The notes beneath the pieces were generated by a model. It was not told the origin of the DNA, ran no database searches, and saw only the letters and a program-made list of their open reading frames with translations. A stretch of 64,000 bases of DNA, taken from contig JAWKQB010000005.1 of the NCBI GenBank assembly GCA_041390365.1, positions 32,457 to 96,456 on the forward strand. Direction: 5' to 3'. Of the stretch, positions 17,113 to 26,166 are shown in pieces. This stretch comes from Syntrophotaleaceae bacterium (GTDB taxonomy: Bacteria; Desulfobacterota; Desulfuromonadia; Desulfuromonadales; Syntrophotaleaceae). How positions within the stretch are numbered: position 1 is the first letter of the stretch; the number at the start of each line of letters is the position of its first letter. The position numbers were made by a program, and so were the translations under genes.

Positions 17113-18242
17113 CGGCTTTCTCCGGGAACAATTTCGCACTCCCGAGCCTCTTCGTTCACCAGCTCGGAGAAGATCGCAACTGATCTTTGCCGGAAAGCGT
17201 CCAGGGTATAATTTGCCTGAAACTTTGCCTTGCCCCGTTGGCCGTACTCTTCGATTAAATCTGGTTGCCTAATGAATCGCCCCATGGCTGCAGCCAATGC
17301 CACCGGGTCATGATCTTTCACAAGCAAACCAGTCTGCCCGTCATCCACAATTTCGGGAATTGCGCCCTCGAAGGTAGAGATTACCGGAAGGGCATAAGCC
17401 ATGGCTTCCAACAAAACCAGCGGAAAACAGTCTTTGAAGGTCGGAAAAACCATTACGTGGGAAGAAGCAAGAATTTCGCATTTCTCTGCGCCATATTTGG
17501 GACCAAGGTATTTGACCCGATCATCCAATCCTGACTCCCGAATCCGCGCGTTGAAGAGGTCGCTATCAATCTCTTTGGTGGAGTTGCCGACAAAGACGGT
17601 GGAAAAATCCAAGCCCTGATCCTTGAGAATCCGACAGGCCTCAAGAAGAGTCATGGGCCCTTTGGTAACCACCAGGTTCGAAAGAAACAAAAACTGAATT
17701 TGGCCGCACCTTTTCGGCTTCATCTCGTTACCTGAGTCGAAATCGGTACCGTTCGGCAGGTACCGCACTCGATCCTCGGCGACAAAGCCGCTCACGTCTC
17801 GATAGAGTCCGGGAGATAGGGCTACAACCCAGGCATTTTTAAAAAACCAGCTATAGAGGCGACGATAAATGGGATGGTTTATGCCATCGGCGATACCCTT
17901 GGCATGGAGATGGAGGATGGTCCGCACCCTAAACAAACGCAGCAGTAAAACGTAAGCGCAGTCCCGCAAAAAGGTCGTACCGCTGACACAGGGTACGAAA
18001 TACGCTGCATCGGCCCGATATGTAATGAGTAGATAAAGAAGGCGAAACCAATACCCAAGAAAAAGCAGATATTTCTTCCATTGAAATTTGCCGATTTCCG
18101 AGATGGCCTGAACATAGTTGAGCGGCAATACGCGGATAGCGAACTGATCCTTCAGCAAAGGGTTCTCCACCACAAGCTGGTTGATGCGGTTGGAGCCGTG
18201 TATCGGTGGCGGCAGAGTGACCAGCATCAGCAGTTTCTTCAT
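17109..18242 (-). CDS. glycosyltransferase, GT4 (group 1) family
   Basis: 377 aa. C-terminal VMVFPTFKDCFPLVLLEAMAYALPVISTFEGAIPEIVDDGQTGLLV is the EX7E-type GT4 motif. Confidence 0.8.
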   Translation of the reverse strand: MKKLLMLVTLPPPIHGSNRINQLVVENPLLKDQFAIRVLPLNYVQAISEIGKFQWKKYLLFLGYWFRLLYLLITYRADAAYFVPCVSGTTFLRDCAYVLLLRLFRVRTILHLHAKGIADGINHPIYRRLYSWFFKNAWVVALSPGLYRDVSGFVAEDRVRYLPNGTDFDSGNEMKPKRCGQIQFLFLSNLVVTKGPMTLLEACRILKDQGLDFSTVFVGNSTKEIDSDLFNARIRESGLDDRVKYLGPKYGAEKCEILASSHVMVFPTFKDCFPLVLLEAMAYALPVISTFEGAIPEIVDDGQTGLLVKDHDPVALAAAMGRFIRQPDLIEEYGQRGKAKFQANYTLDAFRQRSVAIFSELVNEEARECEIVPGESR

Positions 18243-19372
18243 CGGCCCACCTCCAGCGAGCGGGCAAAATCGACAATTTCTTTGGCACTGGCTGAAAAGG
18301 TGTGCCGGCCGACCCGCTGCCTGGCATTATTCACCAGTTGCCTGCGGCGATCTTCGGGCAACTCCAGGACATGCATGATTTTGCGGGTGGTCCCTTCGCA
18401 ATCCTTGGGGTCGATACGAAAGCCTGTTTCCCCCTCTACGACCAAATCGTCAGTAGCCCCGGCATGAATCGACGCGACTACCAGAGTGCCGGCAGCCATG
18501 GCTTCCGGCACCACTGCACCAAAGGGATCCCGCAGGGAATGGAACACGAAGAGATCGGCGATCGTCAAAAACTTAATCAGCTCAGCCGGCGACTGAAACC
18601 CCAGGAAGTGAACCCCTTGCCACCCCTTTGCTCGGCAATGGCTTTCGTAGTCCTGTCGCTCAGGCCCGTCCCCGGCAATCAGCAGGCCTGCTTCAGGATG
18701 GTGTTTAAGAAGGAGCTCGTAGATTTGAAAAATCTCCCAATAACCTTTGGAATCTGTCAATCGCCCGATGGACAGCAAGAGCGGCGACGGATACCGCCGT
18801 CGCAGGCCACACCATTCATCACTGCCACGAAAGGCCTCCGCACTGTCTGAAAAAAAGCCGACATCGATCGGCATGACTGACGTCAGCACCCGGTCTTCTG
18901 AGAGGCCGTAATGTACAAACACATCGCGGGCACGGCTGGAAGAGGCGATAGCGCCGGCTGAACCGGATATCAGCTTGCGGCGAATCAGTCGCTTGATCCA
19001 TGAGGCCTGTTCAAGATCCTGAGCATGCAACTCGCCCCAAACCAGATGCTTTTTCCGTGCTTTGCGTGCATACAAATAGCCTGCAATGTTTGCAGGGGCG
19101 AATCCGCCGCTGATCAGCACGTCGGGGTCGAGTTTTTTCAACGCCTCTTGGACAGAATAGTTGATGTGAACCGAGAAGGGATACCCGGGGGGCTTGAAAT
19201 GAAGACCGGGCAAAAAATGGGCAGCGAAACCGAAATTATCTACTTTCCAGTGCCTCTCTTTTTCTCTGCGCGCCATCAGCACTATGTTCAAGTGCTCAAC
19301 CTGGTCTTTTATCGCCTCAAACAGCGGGAGCCGGTAGGGGGCAAGGATATTGGTGAGAATACAGACCTTCAT
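18239..19372 (-). CDS. glycosyltransferase, GT4 (group 1) family
   Basis: LFVFHSLRDPFGAVVPEAMAAGTLVVASIHAGATDDLVVEGETGF. ATGA overlap with the downstream gene. Confidence 0.8.
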   Translation of the reverse strand: MKVCILTNILAPYRLPLFEAIKDQVEHLNIVLMARREKERHWKVDNFGFAAHFLPGLHFKPPGYPFSVHINYSVQEALKKLDPDVLISGGFAPANIAGYLYARKARKKHLVWGELHAQDLEQASWIKRLIRRKLISGSAGAIASSSRARDVFVHYGLSEDRVLTSVMPIDVGFFSDSAEAFRGSDEWCGLRRRYPSPLLLSIGRLTDSKGYWEIFQIYELLLKHHPEAGLLIAGDGPERQDYESHCRAKGWQGVHFLGFQSPAELIKFLTIADLFVFHSLRDPFGAVVPEAMAAGTLVVASIHAGATDDLVVEGETGFRIDPKDCEGTTRKIMHVLELPEDRRRQLVNNARQRVGRHTFSASAKEIVDFARSLEVGR

Positions 19373-19376
19373 AGTG

Positions 19377-20894
19377 CTATGAAGTCCTCATCCCAGTTTC
19401 AGGCTGAGAAACCTTTTTTTGTCTGAGATTTAGAAACTTGAACGCCAGACCATAGAAATCAAATACCCTAGTTTTCGCTAAAAGTACGATATGGACTATA
19501 AAATAGCCGACGAAAAGTAAAGGCAACCATTTGTCTGATACACCAAGGCTGATAGATACATAAAGTGCTACTGGAATTAGCAGCAGCAGCAATTTACCTG
19601 GAGCAATGAGGGAAATTTTTCTGAATCGCCGTCGAAAAACTAGAAAGTTGGAAATACTGACTACTACAAACCCCGAGAATAGGGAAAGCGGTATCGCCAT
19701 GTCGCCTTTGTCCGAAAATCCAACCAAGATTGATGCGCTTACCATCATTCCCACCCCCTGAACTAGTGCCGAATAGCCTGACATTCCGGTTCCCTCCAGA
19801 GCTTTGTATAGCGGCTGGGTCATATAATAAAAGGCAAACGCTGTGAACATGACAAAGGTCATAAAAGCTGTGGTATTTGCTTCGCGCCCTAACCATAGTG
19901 AAATCAGCGACGGCGAAAAGCTGCCAACCAACAAGATTGCTGGAAAAAAGATGGCACAATTGAAACCAATCATGACACGGAGTATCTTGCCCAGCTCTTC
20001 AGGACGTCGCTCTAAAAGAGCAGAGGCTGCAAAAGTCCCGAGAAGAGGAGAGACCACTACCGAAACAAGCTGTGTACAAAGACGGTAGGAAACCTCAAAT
20101 GAAGCAAGACTTTCAAGATCGCAAAAGCGGGAGATCATGATCTTATAGATAGGCTCACGAAGAGTGATAACCAATGTCGCTAAATGAATGCCTATTCCGA
20201 AGCTGAGCAGACTTTTCACTGCTGCAACATCGATAAAAGTAAGTCGTTTAAGTACAAAGGGAAAGCGCTGCAGAGCCCGTCGAGAAAACAGAAAAAAAAC
20301 TAACAGGTTTGAGGCAATGCTGACAGCTCCCAAAGAATAGACATCCGGCTGGAGGGCCAAGGCGACTATAGAACCTGCTGAGTTTATCAAAAGCCAGACT
20401 AGCGAAATCATCTGGGAATAAAAATGCTCCTGGTGCCCCTCGATCAACGCTTGAAAAGGCGCTGCAATAAATCGCAAAGCAAAGCTCGCGGCGGAAACAA
20501 CAAAAACGAATACAGCTTCGTCATGCAGATCACTGGGGACGCGTAAAACATCTGTAACCAAATCACTAGCAAACATGAAGATAGCAATCAGAAAAATTAT
20601 CGCCAGAACCAGGTATATCCAGAAGGTGGCGGCAAAATAACGGCGAATCTCCCCTTCATCATCAATATTTGCTGCTACTTGGCGAACCAAACTGTTCTTG
20701 AATCCGAAATCTGTGAGGTTAACAAGGCTGATGATGACGGTATTGAAAGACCAGATGCCGAACATAGCTGTGCCCAGTCTCGAAAGGGCATAAGGCGTCA
20801 AAACGAGATAAAGAGGTATGGCCAGTACCACACGGAGAAGTCCGGCCAGAGATCCTTTTAGGAGCTTATCTTTTAATACGGCGAAATCCATCAT
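19377..20894 (-). CDS. Wzx-type oligosaccharide flippase (MOP/polysaccharide biosynthesis protein family)
   Basis: 505 aa with about 12-14 predicted TM helices. Typical N-terminus (LLKGSLAGLLRVVLAIPLYLVLTPYALSRLG...FGIW). Visibly lower G+C than the flanks. Confidence 0.7.
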   Translation of the reverse strand: MMDFAVLKDKLLKGSLAGLLRVVLAIPLYLVLTPYALSRLGTAMFGIWSFNTVIISLVNLTDFGFKNSLVRQVAANIDDEGEIRRYFAATFWIYLVLAIIFLIAIFMFASDLVTDVLRVPSDLHDEAVFVFVVSAASFALRFIAAPFQALIEGHQEHFYSQMISLVWLLINSAGSIVALALQPDVYSLGAVSIASNLLVFFLFSRRALQRFPFVLKRLTFIDVAAVKSLLSFGIGIHLATLVITLREPIYKIMISRFCDLESLASFEVSYRLCTQLVSVVVSPLLGTFAASALLERRPEELGKILRVMIGFNCAIFFPAILLVGSFSPSLISLWLGREANTTAFMTFVMFTAFAFYYMTQPLYKALEGTGMSGYSALVQGVGMMVSASILVGFSDKGDMAIPLSLFSGFVVVSISNFLVFRRRFRKISLIAPGKLLLLLIPVALYVSISLGVSDKWLPLLFVGYFIVHIVLLAKTRVFDFYGLAFKFLNLRQKKVSQPETGMRTS

Positions 20895-22018
20895 TCTCGA
20901 GCTCGCATACGTCCTTGGTTAGATGATCTAAACGAGTCGACTACTTCGGTGGCAACGCTCAAATAACTGCTCGCATAGACACTTGGATGAAATTTTGCCA
21001 CAGCCCTCTCGTTGGCCAAAATCCCCATACGGACCCGGAGCTCAGGAGATTTAGCTAGTGTTTCTAGCTTTTGTAAAAGCGCTTGGCTATCACCTCCCCG
21101 GTAGAGAACACCTGAGATCCCATTCTCAATTAATTCAGGGTGGGCGCCTTTGTCAGCCAAGACAACGGGCAGGCTCTCCAGCATTGCCTCCACAACAGCG
21201 ATTCCAAACCCTTCATCAAGCGTTGGGTTTACATAGATATCCATGGCGTTTAGATACTCACCGATTTTATCGGTATAGCCAGTAAACTTGACACTTTCTG
21301 TGATTCCTAACTGTGTAACCAATTCCTCCAACTGACCTCGAAGGCTTCCATCGCCAATCATGATTAGTCGTGCGTGAGGGAGGGTCTTTTTCAATTTTGA
21401 AAACGCAAGAATAAGCGTTTTCTGATCCCGTTGCGGAATCATGCCCCCGACATGCCCAATGACAATGTCGTTCTTACCGAATCCAAATTGTCTTCGAAGA
21501 TCACTCTTATCTCTATTGCAGAGTCTTTTCTCTACAGGATTGTGCAATACTTCCATTTTTTTGTGGGGGACTGCAAACTCTCGATGTACTGATTCTTTCG
21601 TATAGTGTGAATTGCACGTAATCTTTTCTATCCGAGGCAGTATAAACCTGGAAATGTACCGACCAACTCCTTTTCTGTAGCTAGCACTGCTATGTTCATT
21701 ATGAATTATAGGAAGATTTTTGTAGCTAGCTGTGACAAAACCTATCAATAGTGGGCGGGTGAAATGCGTACAAATGGAATCAACAGTATATTTCCGACTT
21801 AATTCTACAGATTTTCGTATGATTTCGATTACTGAAGTTGTATCAAGGCATTCAACAATTGCACCACATTGCTCAAACTCGTCCCTTAACGGAGATGGCA
21901 TATAGCAGAGGAAAATATGGCGGCATACCTTATGGTTCGCATACTTTGCAAGATACATTAGTTTACGGGGTGTTCCGCCGTACCCTGACAAACTCTCTAT
22001 GATATGAAGTAATGTCAT
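20891..22018 (-). CDS. glycosyltransferase, GT4 (group 1) family
   Basis: GHVGGMIPQRDQ, MDIYVNPTLDEGFGIAVVEAMLESLPVVLADKGAHPELIENGISG. ATGA overlaps on both sides. Confidence 0.8.
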   Translation of the reverse strand: MTLLHIIESLSGYGGTPRKLMYLAKYANHKVCRHIFLCYMPSPLRDEFEQCGAIVECLDTTSVIEIIRKSVELSRKYTVDSICTHFTRPLLIGFVTASYKNLPIIHNEHSSASYRKGVGRYISRFILPRIEKITCNSHYTKESVHREFAVPHKKMEVLHNPVEKRLCNRDKSDLRRQFGFGKNDIVIGHVGGMIPQRDQKTLILAFSKLKKTLPHARLIMIGDGSLRGQLEELVTQLGITESVKFTGYTDKIGEYLNAMDIYVNPTLDEGFGIAVVEAMLESLPVVLADKGAHPELIENGISGVLYRGGDSQALLQKLETLAKSPELRVRMGILANERAVAKFHPSVYASSYLSVATEVVDSFRSSNQGRMRARE

Positions 22019-23364
22019 TGAGAAGATTGCCTTTCCTCAGCCAAAAAAACTCTTTCCCTTTCAATCAATCCGAGAGATATCCCAAATGGAAGCAAACCAT
22101 AGCTGTAAGTAAGGGGCGCATGCACGGGCAAAACGAAAAGATAAGTCATTGACACAGCTGCAAGGGCCATACATCTAGCTTTAAACATCCCGTTGTCATA
22201 TTGTTTGTTTATTTTTACAAGAACGCATATTATCAAAATAATATTCATTACCATAATCATAAATCCAACATTACCAAATTTTATTGGTATATCTAATATC
22301 CCCATATCAATAAAGCCTAAATTATCTCCAGTAATTATTTTTCTGGCATTTCTACCAAACTTTGAATCCTTGTCAATAAATCCGTATCCAAAATAGGGTT
22401 GTTTTTCTAACAATCTTTCTCTTGATTCTGCTACTTTCTCTCGACCAATTAGGCTTCCTCCAGTATGAGTCGTTATTTCTTCGACAGCGGAAAAGACAAA
22501 TTTGTGAGTAATTTTGTTGATGGAGGCGAAATCATTGCCAATTGTAAAAGACATAAATACAAGAGCAATTAAACAAAAGCAGATTGCGAATACAAACAAT
22601 GTTGATCTAACGAAAGTTTTTGAAATTCCCTTTCCGCATATTAATAATATGGTTGGCAAAGCCACAAATGCCGCTAGAAGATATGAGCGAAAAAACGTCA
22701 ACAAGAGACCGATTGCCGACAAACCTAATTTAACAAAAGGTCTCGAAATCTCTTGAGCGTATTCATAATAAGACTTATAAAGAGATATTAAAATTACAGG
22801 CCAAAAAGGTGCATATATTTTCCAAAAAAACGCCTCTTCACTTCTCATATGATATGTCATGTTGGCTTTAAGAACTGGTCCGATTACTTGCCCAAGAATT
22901 TCCAAAACTGAATAATAAATACCTAACCAAACAAGGTATTTCCAACCCAATTCAACGCCTTTTCTTGTATCAATAAAAAGCAAGACTGCTAAAAATGAAA
23001 ATATTGTCAAAAACTCTTTTGAAGACTTTAGAGAAAAAAACAAAGAGGAATTACCTGATATCCATGGATAAAGAACCCCGTATAACCAAAACAAAAAAAA
23101 TATAGATATTGGAATAAAAAATGGAGACTTTATAAAAATTTTAATTTTATGCAATGAGACAAGGATTGATGCGAAAATTATCAAAGCTATTAGAGCATGA
23201 ATGTCAAATATCCCCTTAACGGCTATCTTCATAGGGTCAACAAATCCTAAAAATTCTGATGCCGGAAGAAGCATTAGCAATATCAAATTACCTCTCCAGA
23301 TAATTGTACTTCCAAATCCAAACATTATTATCAGAAGCAAATAAACTAGAATAAATAAATTCAT
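22015..23364 (-). CDS. Wzy-like polysaccharide polymerase / O-antigen-ligase-family membrane protein
   Basis: 449 aa, multi-pass and very hydrophobic, strongly AT-rich. Position between a GT and Wzx in a Wzx/Wzy-type cassette. No specific motif recognised. Confidence 0.5.
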   Translation of the reverse strand: MNLFILVYLLLIIMFGFGSTIIWRGNLILLMLLPASEFLGFVDPMKIAVKGIFDIHALIALIIFASILVSLHKIKIFIKSPFFIPISIFFLFWLYGVLYPWISGNSSLFFSLKSSKEFLTIFSFLAVLLFIDTRKGVELGWKYLVWLGIYYSVLEILGQVIGPVLKANMTYHMRSEEAFFWKIYAPFWPVILISLYKSYYEYAQEISRPFVKLGLSAIGLLLTFFRSYLLAAFVALPTILLICGKGISKTFVRSTLFVFAICFCLIALVFMSFTIGNDFASINKITHKFVFSAVEEITTHTGGSLIGREKVAESRERLLEKQPYFGYGFIDKDSKFGRNARKIITGDNLGFIDMGILDIPIKFGNVGFMIMVMNIILIICVLVKINKQYDNGMFKARCMALAAVSMTYLFVLPVHAPLTYSYGLLPFGISLGLIERERVFLAEERQSSQ

Positions 23365-25238
23365 TGGTTTGAAACTCGCTTCAATCGGTCAGGCCACTTA
23401 GGAATTGACGTTTCTGCAAAAGCACCTTTTCGAAGGGCCTCTATCTGCTCGTCGCTTAACCACGCATAAAGATAAAAAGCAACACCACTCCCTGGCCATT
23501 TCTTCTTTGCAAACTCCGCATATTTAGCCACTAAACTGCCAGAGCGAGCCAAAACTAATTGGTCATTTTTCTCGTAATTTCCAAAAAGAACAATTAGCTT
23601 GTCTTTATTATTCAAATCTTTTCGCACGAGGTCGATAGTTTCGAAGTCAATACGCTCACGATAATCCATGGCGAAAATAATATCGATTAATCCACTGTTG
23701 GCCCACTTGGTTTCATCTCTTCCCTCAAGAGGCCTCGTTTTTGTTTTTGGTCGAGGGTGCCCGTCCACACTTATGATTAAATCAGGTTTGATCTTCCAGG
23801 TTTGTGCAGAGAAATCTTCCAATATATGCGTAACTGCCGTATCCTGCCATCTTTGGAGACGGTCACGTGCAGGTCCGCTCACATGTTTAAGTGCATAATC
23901 TGCCCAAAAATTGTGCCCTAGATTATCCTCATAGTTCTTTCGACAATGATCAGAGGTGCAAATACCCATAGTTCTAATGTAGTCAAGATTAACTCCGTCA
24001 ACATCATAACGTTTGACCAAATCCATCATTAAATTGACAATGAATTTTCTAAATTCAATATTGTGTACGTTATATGCTTTTTCAGGAGAACCATCATCAA
24101 AAAACTGTGGATATGAGTCATTGCCTCTTTTAACTACAGTAAACCAAGGATGAACTTCAATTCCCATCGAATGTGATTTCTCTATTAAATAAGCTAATGG
24201 ATCCTCTCCAGCATCAATCCGCCTCTGAACACGTGGGTCAGCCTTAACAATAGTGGAAGGAAAATATGTCCCTTTTCCGTGCCAGACACAGGGCACATAC
24301 ACATTAAATCGCGCCCGTTTTATTCTTGCCAGAATTCGGTCTGTTTCAAATCTGGATATGGCCCACCGGATATCCTCATCAAAAATAGCTCGTGTCTCAA
24401 TGAGTGTTCCATCCTTTGTTCTTTCCTGCTTGAGTGACAATTTGAGCCCATCATTCAACCATTTGAATTTTTTATTTTCAACAAGATGAGGCTGTTTAAG
24501 TTGTTCGCGGTATAAATTGGCGACTTCTTCGTCTCTCAAAGCTTTGTCAAAAATGGTCAAGTCATCAAGACAGCCTTCGAACCCTCTGCTATGGCTGTTG
24601 GTCGCACCCTTATCAATCCCCAGAAATAGAGGACCATCCTGCAAAGATGAGGGCAAAAAGCTTTTGCTTTTCTCAGCCACTTTTTTCCCATCTATATACA
24701 GGCGACAAAATCCTTTGGGGCCGCTGTTCCATGACACTGTAATATTGGACCAGAATCCTGGTGTCAGCTTATAGGGAAGGGAGCAATGAACATGCTCTTG
24801 ATTGGAAAGAATGAAATAAAGCCGATCTGACCCTGCAGGCTCCCACCATCCTTGCGATAAAGCTAGATACCCTTTTTTACCATCTTTCCATCTAGAGGAA
24901 AAAACCGTATGAGAATTGCTATCGCCTTCTCTCCATCCGGGTTTCACCCAGATGGAGATGGTTCCTGCCGCTGTAGTCAAACCTATTGGCGGATCATACT
25001 CTGCCCAACTCGATGGTAGAAATTCAAGGCACTTTCCAGTTACATCCTCTACAATCGAGGCGTTTTTTAATTGTAAATTGCCCTTTCTGGCTGAGAAATT
25101 TATCTCCTGCTTCGGCTCACTAAAGTCTTCAAGAGCATTTGCGTCTTCGGATAAAGATCTTTTATCTCCAAATCCCATTGCCATAAGCAGTGGCAAAAGA
25201 ATGAGGAGCAGTATTTTTGGCTGAACTAAAAACCTCAT
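23361..25238 (-). CDS. secreted LamG-like (concanavalin-type) domain + glycoside-hydrolase-like GHL10 (COG1649/DUF187-type) protein
   Basis: Signal peptide MRFLVQPKILLLILLPLLMA. LamG-like GTISIWVKPGW...CRLYIDGKKV...GCLDDLTIFDKALRDEEV. TIM-barrel-like RFNVYVPCVWHG...GIEVHPWFTV...VDGVNLDYIR. Confidence 0.6.
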   Translation of the reverse strand: MRFLVQPKILLLILLPLLMAMGFGDKRSLSEDANALEDFSEPKQEINFSARKGNLQLKNASIVEDVTGKCLEFLPSSWAEYDPPIGLTTAAGTISIWVKPGWREGDSNSHTVFSSRWKDGKKGYLALSQGWWEPAGSDRLYFILSNQEHVHCSLPYKLTPGFWSNITVSWNSGPKGFCRLYIDGKKVAEKSKSFLPSSLQDGPLFLGIDKGATNSHSRGFEGCLDDLTIFDKALRDEEVANLYREQLKQPHLVENKKFKWLNDGLKLSLKQERTKDGTLIETRAIFDEDIRWAISRFETDRILARIKRARFNVYVPCVWHGKGTYFPSTIVKADPRVQRRIDAGEDPLAYLIEKSHSMGIEVHPWFTVVKRGNDSYPQFFDDGSPEKAYNVHNIEFRKFIVNLMMDLVKRYDVDGVNLDYIRTMGICTSDHCRKNYEDNLGHNFWADYALKHVSGPARDRLQRWQDTAVTHILEDFSAQTWKIKPDLIISVDGHPRPKTKTRPLEGRDETKWANSGLIDIIFAMDYRERIDFETIDLVRKDLNNKDKLIVLFGNYEKNDQLVLARSGSLVAKYAEFAKKKWPGSGVAFYLYAWLSDEQIEALRKGAFAETSIPKWPDRLKRVSNQ

Positions 25239-25279
25239 TTACTTTTTTCCCTACTTCACTAAAAATTAACCTGCTGACT

Positions 25280-25909
25280 TCACTCAAACCTCATATACGC
25301 CAACAACCACCCGATCTTCGCATACTCCGTAGCAAGCCAGCGCAACTCGCCTATTTCCATGCGAACTGTGCCGTGGGTTATTGCCTCATCGCGGGAAGGT
25401 ACAAATCGGACGGCGTAACTTTCCGGGTTGAAGACCTCTTTGCTGATGAGTCGAATCCGCCGCATGTGGTAGGGCGAACTGACGAACAGGGCCGAGCGGT
25501 AGCCGTGGAGATCCATCAGCCTTTTCGCTTCAAACGCCTCGACATGTGTGGCTTCGTAATACCTCGGCAACTTCTGCCGGGCCGGCCGCACCGTCGGAGT
25601 GAACTGATCGATGAAGCTGCTGCCGACACTCTCGATCCGTCCGTCCGGCAGCCTCTCGAAAACCGCCTGGTAGGCCGGGATGATCAGTGCGTCGGCAAAG
25701 CCGTCCCGCACCAGCTGCCGGGCTTCGAGCAGCCGATCTTCCAGCCCCGGTCCGACGAACAGGGTCACGACATCCGAACGCACCGGCTTGTCGGCATAGC
25801 GCAAAAAGCGGGGCGCCGCGTAAGCACCCAGTATGGCGATCAGCAGGAACAGAATAAGGGCCAGAATGACGACCTTCTTTGCCCTGCTGAAAAATCGATT
25901 CAAAAGCAT
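25280..25909 (-). CDS. DUF218 / YdcF-ElyC-family membrane-anchored protein
   Basis: LIIPAY..., FVSSPYHMRRIRL signature. Trimmed to the ATG at 25909 (MLLNRFFSRAKKVVILALILFLL...). The track extension to 25960 is a translation of the GTGAGGG heptamer array. Confidence 0.7.
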   Translation of the reverse strand: MLLNRFFSRAKKVVILALILFLLIAILGAYAAPRFLRYADKPVRSDVVTLFVGPGLEDRLLEARQLVRDGFADALIIPAYQAVFERLPDGRIESVGSSFIDQFTPTVRPARQKLPRYYEATHVEAFEAKRLMDLHGYRSALFVSSPYHMRRIRLISKEVFNPESYAVRFVPSRDEAITHGTVRMEIGELRWLATEYAKIGWLLAYMRFE

Positions 25910-25918
25910 GTCTAAACC

Positions 25919-25950
25919 CGTGAGGGGTGAGGGGTGAGGAGTGAGGGGTA
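25919..25950. repeat. heptamer tandem array, unit GTGAGGR (4-5 units)
   Basis: tgagggg tgagggg tgaggag tgagggg taac. Confidence 0.9.
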
Positions 25951-25984
25951 ACTTCCTCAACCATCAAAAGCTTGTTAAACCTCG

Positions 25985-26015
25985 CAAGGCGTAATGCGTG
26001 AAGCGTAATGGGTTG
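25985..26015. repeat. heptamer tandem array, unit GCGTAAK (4 units)
   Basis: ggcgtaa tgcgtga agcgtaa tgggttg. Confidence 0.85.
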
Positions 26016-26130
26016 AACCACCGATATGGCAAGAAAAGCGGATCATTACTCGCTTTCCTGCTTTATCCGCGAATGCGAAGCATCAGATTTGATCAGCGTC
26101 CAATTCCACCTTTGACTTCTGTTCTTTACC

Positions 26131-26163
26131 TGTAGCCAGTAGCCTGTCGCCAGCAGCCAGCCT
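26131..26163. repeat. heptamer tandem array, unit AGTAGCC (5 units), ends at the glmS stop
   Basis: tgtagcc agtagcc tgtcgcc agcagcc agccttt. Confidence 0.85.
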
Positions 26164-26166
26164 TTG

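Noticed and set aside
19377-25238. Genomic island or mobile element explanation for the AT-rich block
   Set aside because: There is no integrase, transposase, tRNA attachment site or flanking direct repeats. The genes are translationally coupled with the flanking operon. The block is better described as a polysaccharide-cassette exchange region.
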